From Polyangiaceae bacterium (lineage in GTDB: Bacteria; Myxococcota_A; Polyangia; Polyangiales; Polyangiaceae), in contig JADJXL010000022.1 of the NCBI GenBank assembly GCA_016715885.1, positions 203,588 through 267,587 of the forward strand: a stretch of 64,000 nt of DNA. The letters are read 5' to 3'. Shown here piece after piece: positions 8,873-18,757 of the stretch. The position numbers were made by a program, and so were the translations under genes. The notes beneath the pieces were generated by a model, which saw only the letters and a list, made by a program, of their open reading frames with translations, was not told the DNA's origin and ran no database searches. Each line of letters starts with the position of its first letter. The stretch's first letter is position 1.

Positions 8873-10126
8873 ATGCAGACCAAAAGCGATCAAGCAAGCC
8901 GCGAATTCGATGTGGTCATCTGGGGCGCGACGGGATTCGTCGGTCGCCTGATCGCCGAATACATGGCGCGCTCGAACTTCCCCGTGCGTTGGGCGATGGC
9001 GGGACGTAGCCACGACAAACTCGAACGCGTGCGCAAGGAAATCGCGGCAGAATTTCCTGCCGCCGCGGACGTGCCGCTGCTCGAGGCCAACGCCGACGAT
9101 GAAGCGTCGCTCGAAGCGCTTGCGTCGAAGACGAAAGTCATTGCCACGACCGTGGGACCGTATGGTCTTTACGGCAAGAAATTGGTCGCTGCGTGTGTGC
9201 ATCGAGGCACCGATTATTGTGACTTGACGGGCGAAGTGCACTTCATGCGTTGGGCCATCGACGAATTCCACGAAAAGGCCAAAGCATCGAATACGCGTAT
9301 CGTTCCCGCGTGCGGTTTCGATTCGATTCCATCGGACCTTGGTGTGTTTTTCTTGGCCGATGAAGCGCGAAGGCGCGGCAAACCATTGGCCGAGGTTCGT
9401 GGGTTCGTCACGGATTCGAAGGGCGGCGTGAGCGGCGGGACAGTGGCCAGCATGCTGCTCGTCAGTGAGCTCATGATGCACGATCCTGACGCTCGGCGCC
9501 TGTTGGCTGACCCTTATGCATTGAGCCCCGATCGCGCGAGCGAACCGAATACGGACGAGGGTGATCGCATGACACCTCGATTCGATACCACGCTCGATGC
9601 GTGGGCGGCACCGTGGCTCATGGCGAGCGTCAACATGCGGGTCGTGCGCCGTTCGAATGCGCTCTTGGGTCATTCGTATGGACGCATGTTCAAATACACG
9701 GAAGAGCTTGCCATGCCCGGGGGTCGTTGGGGGTTTGTCCCGGCCGGCCTCATGACGGGAGGGATCATCCTCGGCATGTCGCTCTTGGCATTGCCGCCTG
9801 CAAGGAAACTCATTAGCGAAAAAATTGCTCCCGGCGACGGGCCGTCCAAGGAAGCGCGTGAGAATGGCCGTTTCACGCTGCGCTTCTTGGGGCGATTGGA
9901 AGGCGACGAGACGCCGACGATTGCGGTGCGCGTTTCGGGACGGGGTGATCCGGGCTATTTGGCGACGTCGCGGATGATTGGGCAATCGGCCCTTTGTTTG
10001 GCGCTCGATACGCCACAACCGGGTTTCGAAGGCGGCGTGCTCACGCCTGCAACCGCCATGGGCATGCGGCTCGTCGAGCGTCTCCGTACGGCCGAAATGA
10101 CGTTCGAGGTTGAACAGGTGCGGTAG
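8873..10126 (+). CDS. saccharopine dehydrogenase-like NAD(P)-binding oxidoreductase
   Basis: The N-terminal Rossmann motif is FDVVIWGATGFVGRLIAEY. The length and internal segments are typical of the saccharopine dehydrogenase / trans-acting enoyl reductase family. Confidence 0.85.
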   Translation: MQTKSDQASREFDVVIWGATGFVGRLIAEYMARSNFPVRWAMAGRSHDKLERVRKEIAAEFPAAADVPLLEANADDEASLEALASKTKVIATTVGPYGLYGKKLVAACVHRGTDYCDLTGEVHFMRWAIDEFHEKAKASNTRIVPACGFDSIPSDLGVFFLADEARRRGKPLAEVRGFVTDSKGGVSGGTVASMLLVSELMMHDPDARRLLADPYALSPDRASEPNTDEGDRMTPRFDTTLDAWAAPWLMASVNMRVVRRSNALLGHSYGRMFKYTEELAMPGGRWGFVPAGLMTGGIILGMSLLALPPARKLISEKIAPGDGPSKEARENGRFTLRFLGRLEGDETPTIAVRVSGRGDPGYLATSRMIGQSALCLALDTPQPGFEGGVLTPATAMGMRLVERLRTAEMTFEVEQVR

Positions 10127-10378
10127 TTTGGGACACGCCGTGCCTCAGCGGTGCAAGCCATCCCGATTGCTGCTTGCTCTGTGGCGTTGCGGAAAACCGT
10201 CACGCGTTTGGCACGGATGATTTCTCACCAAAATTTGCAGCGAAGCTTCTTGCGTCTTGTGTATGACCTGGGCGAAGATGCCGCGCATGCATCGGTCCGG
10301 CCGCTGCTTCGCAAGGAAGACCGCGAGCCGGGTATCAGTGTGACTTGGGTGCTGTTTCAGGAGTGGATCGTGATTCAA

Positions 10379-12481
10379 ATGCGTAGGGGAAAAAGCTCGT
10401 TTCATAACCGCTCGGTTCGACGCTCGATGGCGGCGACGTGCATGCTTGCGCTTGCTAGCTTGACGGCTGGCGCGTCGGCACAGGATGCACCGGTATCACC
10501 GGGGCTCGCGCTGAACCGATTCAATCCCGCGCCCGCTGGCGATCGGATGTTCGGCGTGCAGTCTCCCTACGTTGCAGGTGATCTGACACCGCACGCCTCG
10601 CTTCTGTTCGACTACGGCCGCGATCCGTTGGTGCTCAAGCAGGCGGACGGCACGCGGATCGGCGCGATCGTCAGCGACCAACTGTTTTTGCATCTGAACG
10701 CTGGCTTTGCGTTTGGACAGAAGGTGATGGTGAACGTCGCGTTCCCCGTCGCGCTCATGCAAGCTGGCGAAAGCCCGTCGGGCGGCGGCATGTCGTTCAC
10801 GTCGCCGAGCTCTGCGGCGATCGGTGACTTGCGCTTCGGCGCTCGCGTGAGCTTGATCGGCACGTACTGGGATCCATTCCAGTTGGCGATCGGTGGCTAC
10901 GTGTGGCTGCCGACGGGCGATGCGAGTGAAGGATCGTTCGTGGGCGAAGGCGCGCGAGCGCTTCCGCAAGTGATCGCCGGCGGTCGCGTGAAAGAAAGAT
11001 TCGTGTGGTCGTTCGACTTGGGTCCCGATCTTCGTCGCGCAGTGATCTACGGCGGCCCGGACGGCGTGGCGCAAGGCACGACGCTACGCACGGGAGCAGG
11101 CGTTGGCATCCTGCTCGGTGAAGAGCGAAACTTCCAAATTGGCCCCGAGATCACGGCGGGGTTTGTCTTGGACAATGACAATGATACGCCGCTGAAGCGA
11201 GCGACGAACTTGGAAGCGATGCTCGATGCTCGTTACCGGTTCTTGGAGAATTTCGAGGCAGGTGTCGGCGTTGGTACGGGTTTGTCCGCGGGCATCGGTA
11301 CGCCGCAAGTGCGCGTCGTGGGCATGATTTCGTATACGCCACAGATGAAGAAGCCCGAGCCTCCGAAGCCGAAGGATACGGATGAGGATGGGATCATCGA
11401 CGATCAAGACGCTTGCAAGGAAGTCAAGGGCGTAACGAACGCCGATCCGGCGAAGAATGGCTGTCCGCCGGACAGCGACAACGATGGCATCATGGACGCG
11501 CAGGATGCGTGCCCGCAGGTGCCGGGCGTTGGGAGTGACAACCCGGCGAAGAATGGCTGCCCGCCGGATGCCGACGATGACGGCATCATCGATGCCGAAG
11601 ATGCGTGCCCGCAAGTGAAGGGTGTTGCGCATCCGGACAAGGCGAAGAACGGCTGCCCGTCGGACAAGGATGAGGACGGCGTGATCGACGCGGAAGACGC
11701 GTGCGTGGACATCAAGGGCCTGAAGACGTCCGATCCGGCGACGAACGGTTGTCCGGGCGATACCGACGGCGACACGATTCGCGACGACAAGGACGCGTGT
11801 CCGAACGAGAAGGGCAAGGCCGATCCGGATCCGACGAAGAACGGTTGCCCCGTGGCCGTTCGCGTGACGGAGACGGAGGTCATCATCTTGCAGCAGGTGC
11901 AGTTCGACACCGCGAAGGCAACGATCAAGAAGGTGTCGGATCCGTTGCTCGACGAAGTCGCGGGCGTGTTGAAGGAGCACCCGGAGATCAAGAAGCTCGA
12001 GGTGCAAGGGCACACGGACAACAAGGGCTCCGCGTTCCTCAACAAGCGGCTCTCGCAGTCGCGCGCCGACAGCGTGAAGAAGGCGCTCGTGAGCCGCGGC
12101 ATCGAAGCAGATCGGCTCGTGACGCAAGGGTACGGTCCTGACAAACCGATCGGCGACAACACGACGGAAGAGGGTCGTCAGCAGAACCGCCGCGTGCAGT
12201 TCGTGATCGTGGAGAAGGTCCCGAAGGGCTCGGTCACCGCACCGACGTCTGCTGCGCCTGCACCCGCGACGCCCGCTCCAGCGAAGCCTGGCGATACCGC
12301 TCCGGCGACGCCCGCTCCGGCGACGCCCGCTCCGGCCAAGATTCCGGTGCCCGCGAAGGCTCCTGCGCCCGCCAAGGCAGCGCCCGCGCCCGCGAAGGCT
12401 CCCGCGCCCGCCAAGGCAGCGCCCGCGCCCGCCAAGGCAGCGCCTGCGCCCGCCAAGGCACCCACGCCGCCGAAGAAGTGA
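10379..12481 (+). CDS. OmpA-family protein with thrombospondin type-3 repeats and a C-terminal (PAKA)n tail
   Basis: A signal peptide (MAATCMLALASLTAGASA) is followed by six DxDxDGxxDxxDxCP repeats. An OmpA C-terminal domain (HTDNKGS…NRRVQFVIV) comes next, then APAKAAPAPAKAP repeats. An alternative start is ATG 10427. Confidence 0.85.
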   Translation: MRRGKSSFHNRSVRRSMAATCMLALASLTAGASAQDAPVSPGLALNRFNPAPAGDRMFGVQSPYVAGDLTPHASLLFDYGRDPLVLKQADGTRIGAIVSDQLFLHLNAGFAFGQKVMVNVAFPVALMQAGESPSGGGMSFTSPSSAAIGDLRFGARVSLIGTYWDPFQLAIGGYVWLPTGDASEGSFVGEGARALPQVIAGGRVKERFVWSFDLGPDLRRAVIYGGPDGVAQGTTLRTGAGVGILLGEERNFQIGPEITAGFVLDNDNDTPLKRATNLEAMLDARYRFLENFEAGVGVGTGLSAGIGTPQVRVVGMISYTPQMKKPEPPKPKDTDEDGIIDDQDACKEVKGVTNADPAKNGCPPDSDNDGIMDAQDACPQVPGVGSDNPAKNGCPPDADDDGIIDAEDACPQVKGVAHPDKAKNGCPSDKDEDGVIDAEDACVDIKGLKTSDPATNGCPGDTDGDTIRDDKDACPNEKGKADPDPTKNGCPVAVRVTETEVIILQQVQFDTAKATIKKVSDPLLDEVAGVLKEHPEIKKLEVQGHTDNKGSAFLNKRLSQSRADSVKKALVSRGIEADRLVTQGYGPDKPIGDNTTEEGRQQNRRVQFVIVEKVPKGSVTAPTSAAPAPATPAPAKPGDTAPATPAPATPAPAKIPVPAKAPAPAKAAPAPAKAPAPAKAAPAPAKAAPAPAKAPTPPKK

Positions 12482-12489
12482 CGTCTCGA

Positions 12490-12519
12490 GTTGCCGACGA
12501 CGTAACGCTCGTCGGCAAC
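12490..12519. terminator. 11-bp perfect-stem hairpin between convergent genes (GTTGCCGACGA-cgtaacgc-TCGTCGGCAAC)
   Basis: The inverted repeat is exact, lies 9 nt after the OmpA stop, and sits 50 nt before the convergent lipoprotein stop. Confidence 0.5.
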
Positions 12520-12568
12520 GCACGCTTCCAGTTGCTGCGCCGCATGCGAGTGCGGTGCAGCAAGCTTG

Positions 12569-13375
12569 TCAGAAGCCCTGCCGAAACGCTCCTCCCACCA
12601 CCAAGCTCGCGCCGAACGATTCGCGAAAGTCGGTGACTCGGTACCCCGACAAACAGCCATCGCAGCGCATTCGATCGGGCGCCCATGCGCGCACCACGAA
12701 CCACGGAACGATTCCGATGAGCACGTAGCCCGAATCGAACGGTGCGCCGATCGCTACACTCGGCAGAAAACGAACCTCGCGCCGAGTCACTTGCGCATGT
12801 TGCGGAGCACCGTCCGTGATGAGCGCATCTTCTGGGCGAGGCGGCAGATTGAGCACGAAGGCGTGCGCTTCGCTTCCATACGTTGCGTAAAGGTTTGTCA
12901 TGACGAGCAGCGATCGAGCTCGTCGGCTGATGTCGATACCTGCTCGCAACCACGGACCTTCGCGATCGAAAAACGGTTGAAGACCTCCGGCGAACGCAAT
13001 CGCTACCGACACTGCATCTCGTCGTCGTTCGGCTAGCAAACCGAAGCGCGTTTCACCTGCAAGTCGCAACGGTGATGCAATCGCTGCGACTTCCAACCGT
13101 TCTGTCAAGCCAAACCTACCGGTGACTTCCGGTATGAACGTTGGCATCGGCCCACCGGCTTCTTCTACGTTTCCGCCCGCGCCGCGGAACGTGCTTTCCT
13201 TGCCCGCAGGATCGAGCACGCGAGCTTCGTTTGCGCTGAGCGCCAAGAGTGACGCGTTCGCTTCGACGGCAAAGCGTTTGGCTGGCGCCGTATCTGCTGG
13301 CCGCGGATACACCGAGCTCGTGCAAGCCGTCAAAAGCGACGCAAGCAGCGCAAAGAGCGCTCGCACGTGAATCAT
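12569..13375 (-). CDS. hypothetical lipoprotein
   Basis: The ATG at 13375 was confirmed. The N-terminus MIHVRALFALLASLLTAC shows a lipobox. Confidence 0.6.
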   Translation of the reverse strand: MIHVRALFALLASLLTACTSSVYPRPADTAPAKRFAVEANASLLALSANEARVLDPAGKESTFRGAGGNVEEAGGPMPTFIPEVTGRFGLTERLEVAAIASPLRLAGETRFGLLAERRRDAVSVAIAFAGGLQPFFDREGPWLRAGIDISRRARSLLVMTNLYATYGSEAHAFVLNLPPRPEDALITDGAPQHAQVTRREVRFLPSVAIGAPFDSGYVLIGIVPWFVVRAWAPDRMRCDGCLSGYRVTDFRESFGASLVVGGAFRQGF

Positions 13376-13433
13376 GAAGCGGGAATTTTGCCGCGCATGT
13401 GCATGACCTCGAAGAGCACTTTCCCGCCCGCAT

Positions 13434-14204
13434 TTACGAAGAGTCGTTTGAGACCCGCATCATTTTCCACGAAGATGTTGATGTAGTCGAACGTTGGCAG
13501 GGCATGCGGGCGAGCTGCATCGAGCAGCACGCGAGCGAGGTCTGGTCGGGCGACGCGAATGGGAAACAGCCTGGGAATTGCGGCTGAAAGCAAGTGAATC
13601 CGATGCCGTAGTCGTCGGGGTTCATTGGATCTTCCAGGCGCATGAGGATCCAGCCATTTTGCAGGCGCACATTTGCGATTCTATTTTTCAACAAATTGAA
13701 GGCTCGCTCGACGAGTTCATCTTCCCGCCTTTCGATGAGGCGTGCTGAATACCCTGCCTCGCTGGGAAGGTGCTCCACGACGTCCCACGCAAGCCGCATG
13801 GACGCCGAATCATATTCCTTTTCGAATCCTATCGATGAATAAAGTCGTATTGCCGGGACGTTGTCCACTTTCACGTTGAGCACCCAATCGGTGCAACCAG
13901 CAGCGCGCATGCGCCTGGCAATCTCGCGCATGATGAAACGCCCTACGCCTCGTCCGCGAGCGTTTTTCGCGACGACCACGTGTCGTACATAAGCGACGTC
14001 GCCCATCGGGACAATCCAAGCGTATCCGACGACGACTCCATTTTCCTCGAAAAGGAGCGTCCCAGGCATCAATTCCGCGGACCAGCGAGCAGGTTCCAGA
14101 ATAGGGTCGTCCACGCCCAGCTCGGGGAGCATGGCCGCGTAATGCCCGTGGTCCGAAATGGTTGCTGCGCGTGCCGAGATCGATGAAGTTGCGTCCATGT
14201 TCAT
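13434..14204 (-). CDS. GNAT-family N-acetyltransferase with a C-terminal extension
   Basis: It has a GNAT core (VAKNARGRGVGRFIMREIARRM…IRLYSSIGFEKEY). The start was chosen at the ATG beginning MNMD; the longer ORF upstream looks non-coding. Confidence 0.55.
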   Translation of the reverse strand: MNMDATSSISARAATISDHGHYAAMLPELGVDDPILEPARWSAELMPGTLLFEENGVVVGYAWIVPMGDVAYVRHVVVAKNARGRGVGRFIMREIARRMRAAGCTDWVLNVKVDNVPAIRLYSSIGFEKEYDSASMRLAWDVVEHLPSEAGYSARLIERREDELVERAFNLLKNRIANVRLQNGWILMRLEDPMNPDDYGIGFTCFQPQFPGCFPFASPDQTSLACCSMQLARMPCQRSTTSTSSWKMMRVSNDSS

Positions 14205-14215
14205 CCCATTTCCAG

Positions 14216-15163
14216 TCAGCGTGCATTCCTCGCAAAGGGGCCGAGCAGCCGCTTCAGTGTTTCGTAATGGCCGAGCGACTCGTCGTAGCCCGATTTTCCT
14301 CGAACGGCGAGCGAGTGTTTGATTCGGCTCCATTGCGTTGCGAATTCCCGCAGCCGCGTCAGCTCCGCTTCTTCGCGCTGCCTCGAAAACACTTCACGAC
14401 CATGCGCGATGTCCTTTTCGATGCAATCGAACGTGAACACCGGCGCGTCGTGACCATAATGCGCTTGATACCAATGTTCGAGCGCACCTTGCCACGGTTC
14501 GAGGTAATTGCAGTAGCCCGTGTCCGGATCCATATTTCCCACGGGTGACGACCAATCCAGGTGAATGTCGTCGAGCTTCACTGGGCGATCGTCCTCGGGT
14601 CCGCGCAAATCGCCTTTACCGACGCAGAAATGCACGGCCACTTTCATGGGCATGTCCACTTCGCGCCATGTATCGGCATCCGGAGGTTCGGCACGGGGAT
14701 CGAGCATTCCGTGCAGCAGCAAATGGGCAGGCTTCATTTGATGATCGAGCGCGCCGATGTAGGTGTCTCGTGCAACGCGATTGCCGTGCCTGCCCGATGA
14801 CAATCCATCCAAACGAAAACGCATGGCCGCAGGATTCCAATAGGCGACTTTGATGCCTGCGCTGCCTCCCCACCATTGATTACGAATCCAGCGAATTTGC
14901 TTCCACGTTTCGCCCGTTTCGTCGATACCGTCGATGCGATCGTAAAGCTGTACGAGCAAATTCACGGCCATGAGGCCCAAGTTATCGAGCGCTTCCCAGG
15001 GCGTTTTCGGAGCTGGGTCGCGAAAACCGAACATCAAGTTGTCCTGCGCTCCAGGCGTTCCGGAAACTCGATCGAGGAACGACCGAATGATCGTTTCGCG
15101 TAGCGGTTTGGGCAGATGCGCATAAGCCGAGCCGTCGGGTGGGGGATGGTTCGACGCAGCCAT
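14216..15163 (-). CDS. hypothetical protein
   Basis: The ATG at 15163 was confirmed. Composition is protein-like (Trp-rich) and no domain was recognised. Confidence 0.55.
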   Translation of the reverse strand: MAASNHPPPDGSAYAHLPKPLRETIIRSFLDRVSGTPGAQDNLMFGFRDPAPKTPWEALDNLGLMAVNLLVQLYDRIDGIDETGETWKQIRWIRNQWWGGSAGIKVAYWNPAAMRFRLDGLSSGRHGNRVARDTYIGALDHQMKPAHLLLHGMLDPRAEPPDADTWREVDMPMKVAVHFCVGKGDLRGPEDDRPVKLDDIHLDWSSPVGNMDPDTGYCNYLEPWQGALEHWYQAHYGHDAPVFTFDCIEKDIAHGREVFSRQREEAELTRLREFATQWSRIKHSLAVRGKSGYDESLGHYETLKRLLGPFARNAR

Positions 15164-15239
15164 GGTATGGATATTATACGAAGATCATCCAATTTGTCCG
15201 TGGAAAATCGTCAGGCGAGCTTCATGCGCGGAGCACCTA

Positions 15240-17282
15240 TCAATCGGCCACGGCTTCTGCTGCCTCGGCACCTTCCGCCGGAGCCGCTTTTCGCGTGAGC
15301 AGATCCACCGCCTGCTTGACGCCATCCGTCGTGCCCGCCAGGTACACGACATCGCCCGTGACAAACGGATTGTTCGGATCGAACTGGTCGAGCAGCTTGC
15401 CGTCGCGACGAATCGCAATGATGAGCGCTCCTGTCGTGCGTCGCACGTCGAGCGCGGCTGCCGAGTGTCCTGCCGCAGGACTCGTGGGCGTCACGAGCGC
15501 GCTGTCGATTTTCAAATCGGCCAAGCCTCCCTGCTCCTCCAAAGATCGACGTGGAATCTTCATCGTACGTTCGGTCGTCTGCGTCGACGCACGCGCTTCA
15601 TCGATGCGGTCCTCGATGATGTTTCGTGGCGCATCGAGCCATCGCAAGAGCCGAGCGAGAATCTCCACGCCTCCCTCGACTTCTTCAGCGACCACATCCG
15701 TCGCGCCCATGTCGAGCAATTGTTGTTTTTCGAGCAGATACCGCGCGCGCATGAGGATCCGCACGCCGGGCGCGACGCGTTTGGCCGTATCCACGACGCG
15801 TTTGGCTGCATCGGGATCATTCATCAGCAAAAGCAGCGCTCGTGCCTTTTCCAAATGGGCGTGGCCGAGCGCCTCTTCGCTCGTAGCATCGCCATAATAG
15901 ACGCGTTCTCCGGCAGCTCGCGCCTTGCGCACCGTGTCTGCATTCAATTCCAGCACGACAAAAGGAATGTCGCAGGCCGCAAGAGCTCGCCCAACGAGCT
16001 TTCCGGCAACACCGAATCCCACAATCACCACATGATCTGAAAGCCCATGCTCTTCGCCGCCATCGGCTTCGTCGATGCTGCGAGCGCCAATCAGCTTTTC
16101 GAGCGGCGCAAGCAATCGTTGTCCTGCCGTCAGGTGCGGCGCGACGCGAACGAATACCGGCGTGAGGAACATGCTCACGATACCCGCAGCCAGCAGCGGC
16201 TTCGTCGCCTCCGCATCGATGACCCCAGTGGATTCACCGAGTCGGCACAAGACGAACCCGAATTCGCCGAATTGCGCCAGCCCAACGCCTGCCAGCCACG
16301 CGACGCGCGCCGGAAACCGCATTGCAAATGCCGCCAGCGTCGCGAGAAACCCCTTGGCGACGAAAAATCCCACCAGGAGTAGCGCCACGAGCAGTGGTTT
16401 TTCCGCGACCACTCGAATGTCGAAGAGCATCCCGAGCGACACGAAAAACAGGCTCACGAATGCGTCTCGCAAGGGAAGCATGTCCCCCATTGCACGATGC
16501 CCGTAATCGGTATCGGCGACGATCATTCCGCCAAGAAATGCTCCGAGCGCAAGCGACAACCCCGCTTTTGCCGTGAGCCATGCGGTGCCAATGCACAGCG
16601 CCAAAACTGCCAACAAAAATACTTCACGACTGCGACTCGCCGCCACCCATCCGAGCGCTCGCGGGACGATGAGGCGCGCAACCAAAATCGTGATAATCAC
16701 GACTGCCGTGGCTTTCCCCAGCGCGAGACCAATGAGTGACGCGGAATCAGCGCCTCCCGACACTGCTTTTCCGAGCATGGGCACGATGAGCACCATGGGC
16801 ACGACGCATAGATCCTGAAAAATCAAGGTACCCACGATGAACCGGCCATGTGGAGCGTCGAGCTCGCGCCGTTCGGCCAGCGCGCGCAGTACGATCGCCG
16901 TGCTCGAAAGCGTAAAGACGAACCCATAAAAAATGCACCGGCCCATGGGTTCGCCCAATTCGTACGCGACGAACGCCGTAACCGCAGTCGTCAGACCCAC
17001 TTGAATGAATCCGCCCAGCGCAACCTGCCGAAAAATGCTTTTCAGCCGGCTCAGCGAAAATTCCAAGCCGATGGTGAAGAGCAGCAAAACAACGCCGATT
17101 TCCGCCAAGATCTCGATCGAATGAATCGAGTGGACCAGCTTGAACCCGAAGGGCCCAACGAGTGCGCCGGAAAACAAGAGCCCCGCCACCGTGGGCAGCC
17201 GCAATCGCGATAAAATGACGGTAACGAGAACTCCGAGCGCTGCAATGATGGCGATCTCGTCGAGCAGCGGGATTTCACCCAA
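15240..17282 (-). CDS. CPA2-family monovalent cation:proton antiporter (KefB/KefC-like) with TrkA-N and TrkA-C domains
   Basis: There are about 12 TM helices, then a Rossmann VVIVGFGVAGKLVGRAL (TrkA-N), then a TrkA-C-like C-terminus. The only in-frame start after the upstream stop is TTG at 17282. Confidence 0.9.
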   Translation of the reverse strand: MGEIPLLDEIAIIAALGVLVTVILSRLRLPTVAGLLFSGALVGPFGFKLVHSIHSIEILAEIGVVLLLFTIGLEFSLSRLKSIFRQVALGGFIQVGLTTAVTAFVAYELGEPMGRCIFYGFVFTLSSTAIVLRALAERRELDAPHGRFIVGTLIFQDLCVVPMVLIVPMLGKAVSGGADSASLIGLALGKATAVVIITILVARLIVPRALGWVAASRSREVFLLAVLALCIGTAWLTAKAGLSLALGAFLGGMIVADTDYGHRAMGDMLPLRDAFVSLFFVSLGMLFDIRVVAEKPLLVALLLVGFFVAKGFLATLAAFAMRFPARVAWLAGVGLAQFGEFGFVLCRLGESTGVIDAEATKPLLAAGIVSMFLTPVFVRVAPHLTAGQRLLAPLEKLIGARSIDEADGGEEHGLSDHVVIVGFGVAGKLVGRALAACDIPFVVLELNADTVRKARAAGERVYYGDATSEEALGHAHLEKARALLLLMNDPDAAKRVVDTAKRVAPGVRILMRARYLLEKQQLLDMGATDVVAEEVEGGVEILARLLRWLDAPRNIIEDRIDEARASTQTTERTMKIPRRSLEEQGGLADLKIDSALVTPTSPAAGHSAAALDVRRTTGALIIAIRRDGKLLDQFDPNNPFVTGDVVYLAGTTDGVKQAVDLLTRKAAPAEGAEAAEAVAD

Positions 17283-17401
17283 GCGTACCTCCCGTTCGTC
17301 AGTGACGAAGCCAAACCTGTGTACACCAGTGATGACGCCGGTGTCAACCGTCCACCGTGTTCATTTGCGTGCTCGTAGGCATGCGCTATCTTCGCGCGCG
17401 C

Positions 17402-18553
17402 ATGGTTTACTCGAGTCACCACATTGCCGACGTCGAAATTGTCCCTCTATCGGTGCCGCTGTGCGAGCCGTTCGTGATCGCGACGGGGCGTGTGGACGTG
17501 ACGCGCGCCGCGCAAGTGAAGGTGACGCTCGTGGATGAGCGGACAGGACAAACTGGATGGGGCCTCGGAGAAGGCGCGGCGCTCTGGCCCGTGACGAACG
17601 AGGATCAGCCGCATGTTTTGGAGGCGCTCGGTAAAGCGTGCAGTCGTCTGCCCGGGGAGCGGTTCGGACTTCCAAACATCGATGGCAACGCTGCGCTCGA
17701 TTTGCAGCCGCTTGCCGATTTGACGGCGCTGCTCGATGAGGCGTTCCCGGCGTCGCCGGTTGCTCGAGCGGCATTCGAAACGGCCGTGTGTGATGCGTGG
17801 GCGCGCCTCCTGGGTTTGCCTTTGCGAACGCTCTTGGGTGGAATCATTGGAAAATCGACGCGGAGGCTGGAAACCGACATGACGATTCCCATTGCCGAGC
17901 CATTCCGCATGGCCGAACGCGCTCGCGCTTGGGCCGATCAGGGTTTTACGCATTTCAAAATCAAAGTGGGGAAAGATTTGGATTCGGACGTGGCAGCGCT
18001 TCACGCGATATTCGATGCGGTGCCCAAGGCGCGATTTCGCATCGATGCCAATGCGGGGTTTTCCGCGGCCGAAGCCATCGCTCTCGTGCGGGCCATCGAG
18101 GCGCAGAAGATGATCGTCGAATGTTACGAGCAACCTTGTGCAGCCGATGATCTGGAAGCGATGGCTCATGTGACGGCAGCGCTCGACATACCCATCATTG
18201 CGGATGAATCGGTCAAGAGCGTGGCGGACCTCGAGCGCGTCGTCGATGCTCGGGCCGCCAATGGAGTGAACCTGAAGCTCGTAAAATCAGGCGGGCCGCT
18301 TGGGTGTCTAGCGATTGGTCGAGCCGCAAAAGCGCGAGGAATGCCGCTGATGATTGGCGGCATGGTGGAGACGCGTCTTGGGATGACCGCCGCGGCGCAC
18401 GTTGCCGCGGCGCTGGGAGGTGTCGAATTCGTGGATTTGGATACTGCGTGGTTATTGGCGGCTGATCCTTACGAAGGGCGGGGGTATTTGGCGGAGGGAC
18501 CGCGGTACGAATTGCCGGACGAACCGGGGCTTGGACTGAATGAGGCGAGATGA
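17402..18553 (+). CDS. enolase-superfamily protein of the mandelate racemase / muconate lactonising enzyme family (dipeptide epimerase-like)
   Basis: Motifs include FKIKVG, DANAGF and a C-terminal barrel segment. The start was taken at ATG 17402 (MVYSSHHIADVEIV). Confidence 0.85.
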   Translation: MVYSSHHIADVEIVPLSVPLCEPFVIATGRVDVTRAAQVKVTLVDERTGQTGWGLGEGAALWPVTNEDQPHVLEALGKACSRLPGERFGLPNIDGNAALDLQPLADLTALLDEAFPASPVARAAFETAVCDAWARLLGLPLRTLLGGIIGKSTRRLETDMTIPIAEPFRMAERARAWADQGFTHFKIKVGKDLDSDVAALHAIFDAVPKARFRIDANAGFSAAEAIALVRAIEAQKMIVECYEQPCAADDLEAMAHVTAALDIPIIADESVKSVADLERVVDARAANGVNLKLVKSGGPLGCLAIGRAAKARGMPLMIGGMVETRLGMTAAAHVAAALGGVEFVDLDTAWLLAADPYEGRGYLAEGPRYELPDEPGLGLNEAR

Positions 18554-18589
18554 CGGGCCAGAGCGCCGATCAGGTTGAATCCAGGCCAG

Positions 18590-18735
18590 TATTTGCATGC
18601 TCGCTTCGCGCGCGTGGGACGCGCGCTCGCGAGAGTCTTGTTTACGATGGGGGGGCCGAGGCTCGCCTCCCGGTGTTTTTGCGCTGCGCACAAAAACACG
18701 GCGAGGCTCGGCCCCCCCATACCCCCCGAATTTGC
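18590..18735. repeat. GC-rich palindromic intergenic repeat element, copy B (with nested hairpin insertion)
   Basis: It has the same 5' and 3' modules as 405–545. An internal GGTGTTTTTGCGC…GCGCACAAAAACAC hairpin is nested inside a CCGAGGCTCG…CGAGGCTCGG inverted repeat. Confidence 0.6.
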
Positions 18736-18757
18736 CTCAATCCAGATGAGTGGCGCA

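Noticed and set aside
8405-10018. 537-aa minus-strand ORF
   Set aside because: It is antisense to the well-supported saccharopine dehydrogenase-like gene, and its translation is Arg/His-rich junk.
11084-12523. 479-aa minus-strand ORF and 11404–12162 ORF
   Set aside because: They are antisense to the OmpA/TSP3 gene. The repetitive Arg/Leu or Ser-rich translations come from the TSP3 and PAKA repeats.
15162-16040. 292-aa + strand ORF
   Set aside because: It is antisense to the KefB-like transporter gene.
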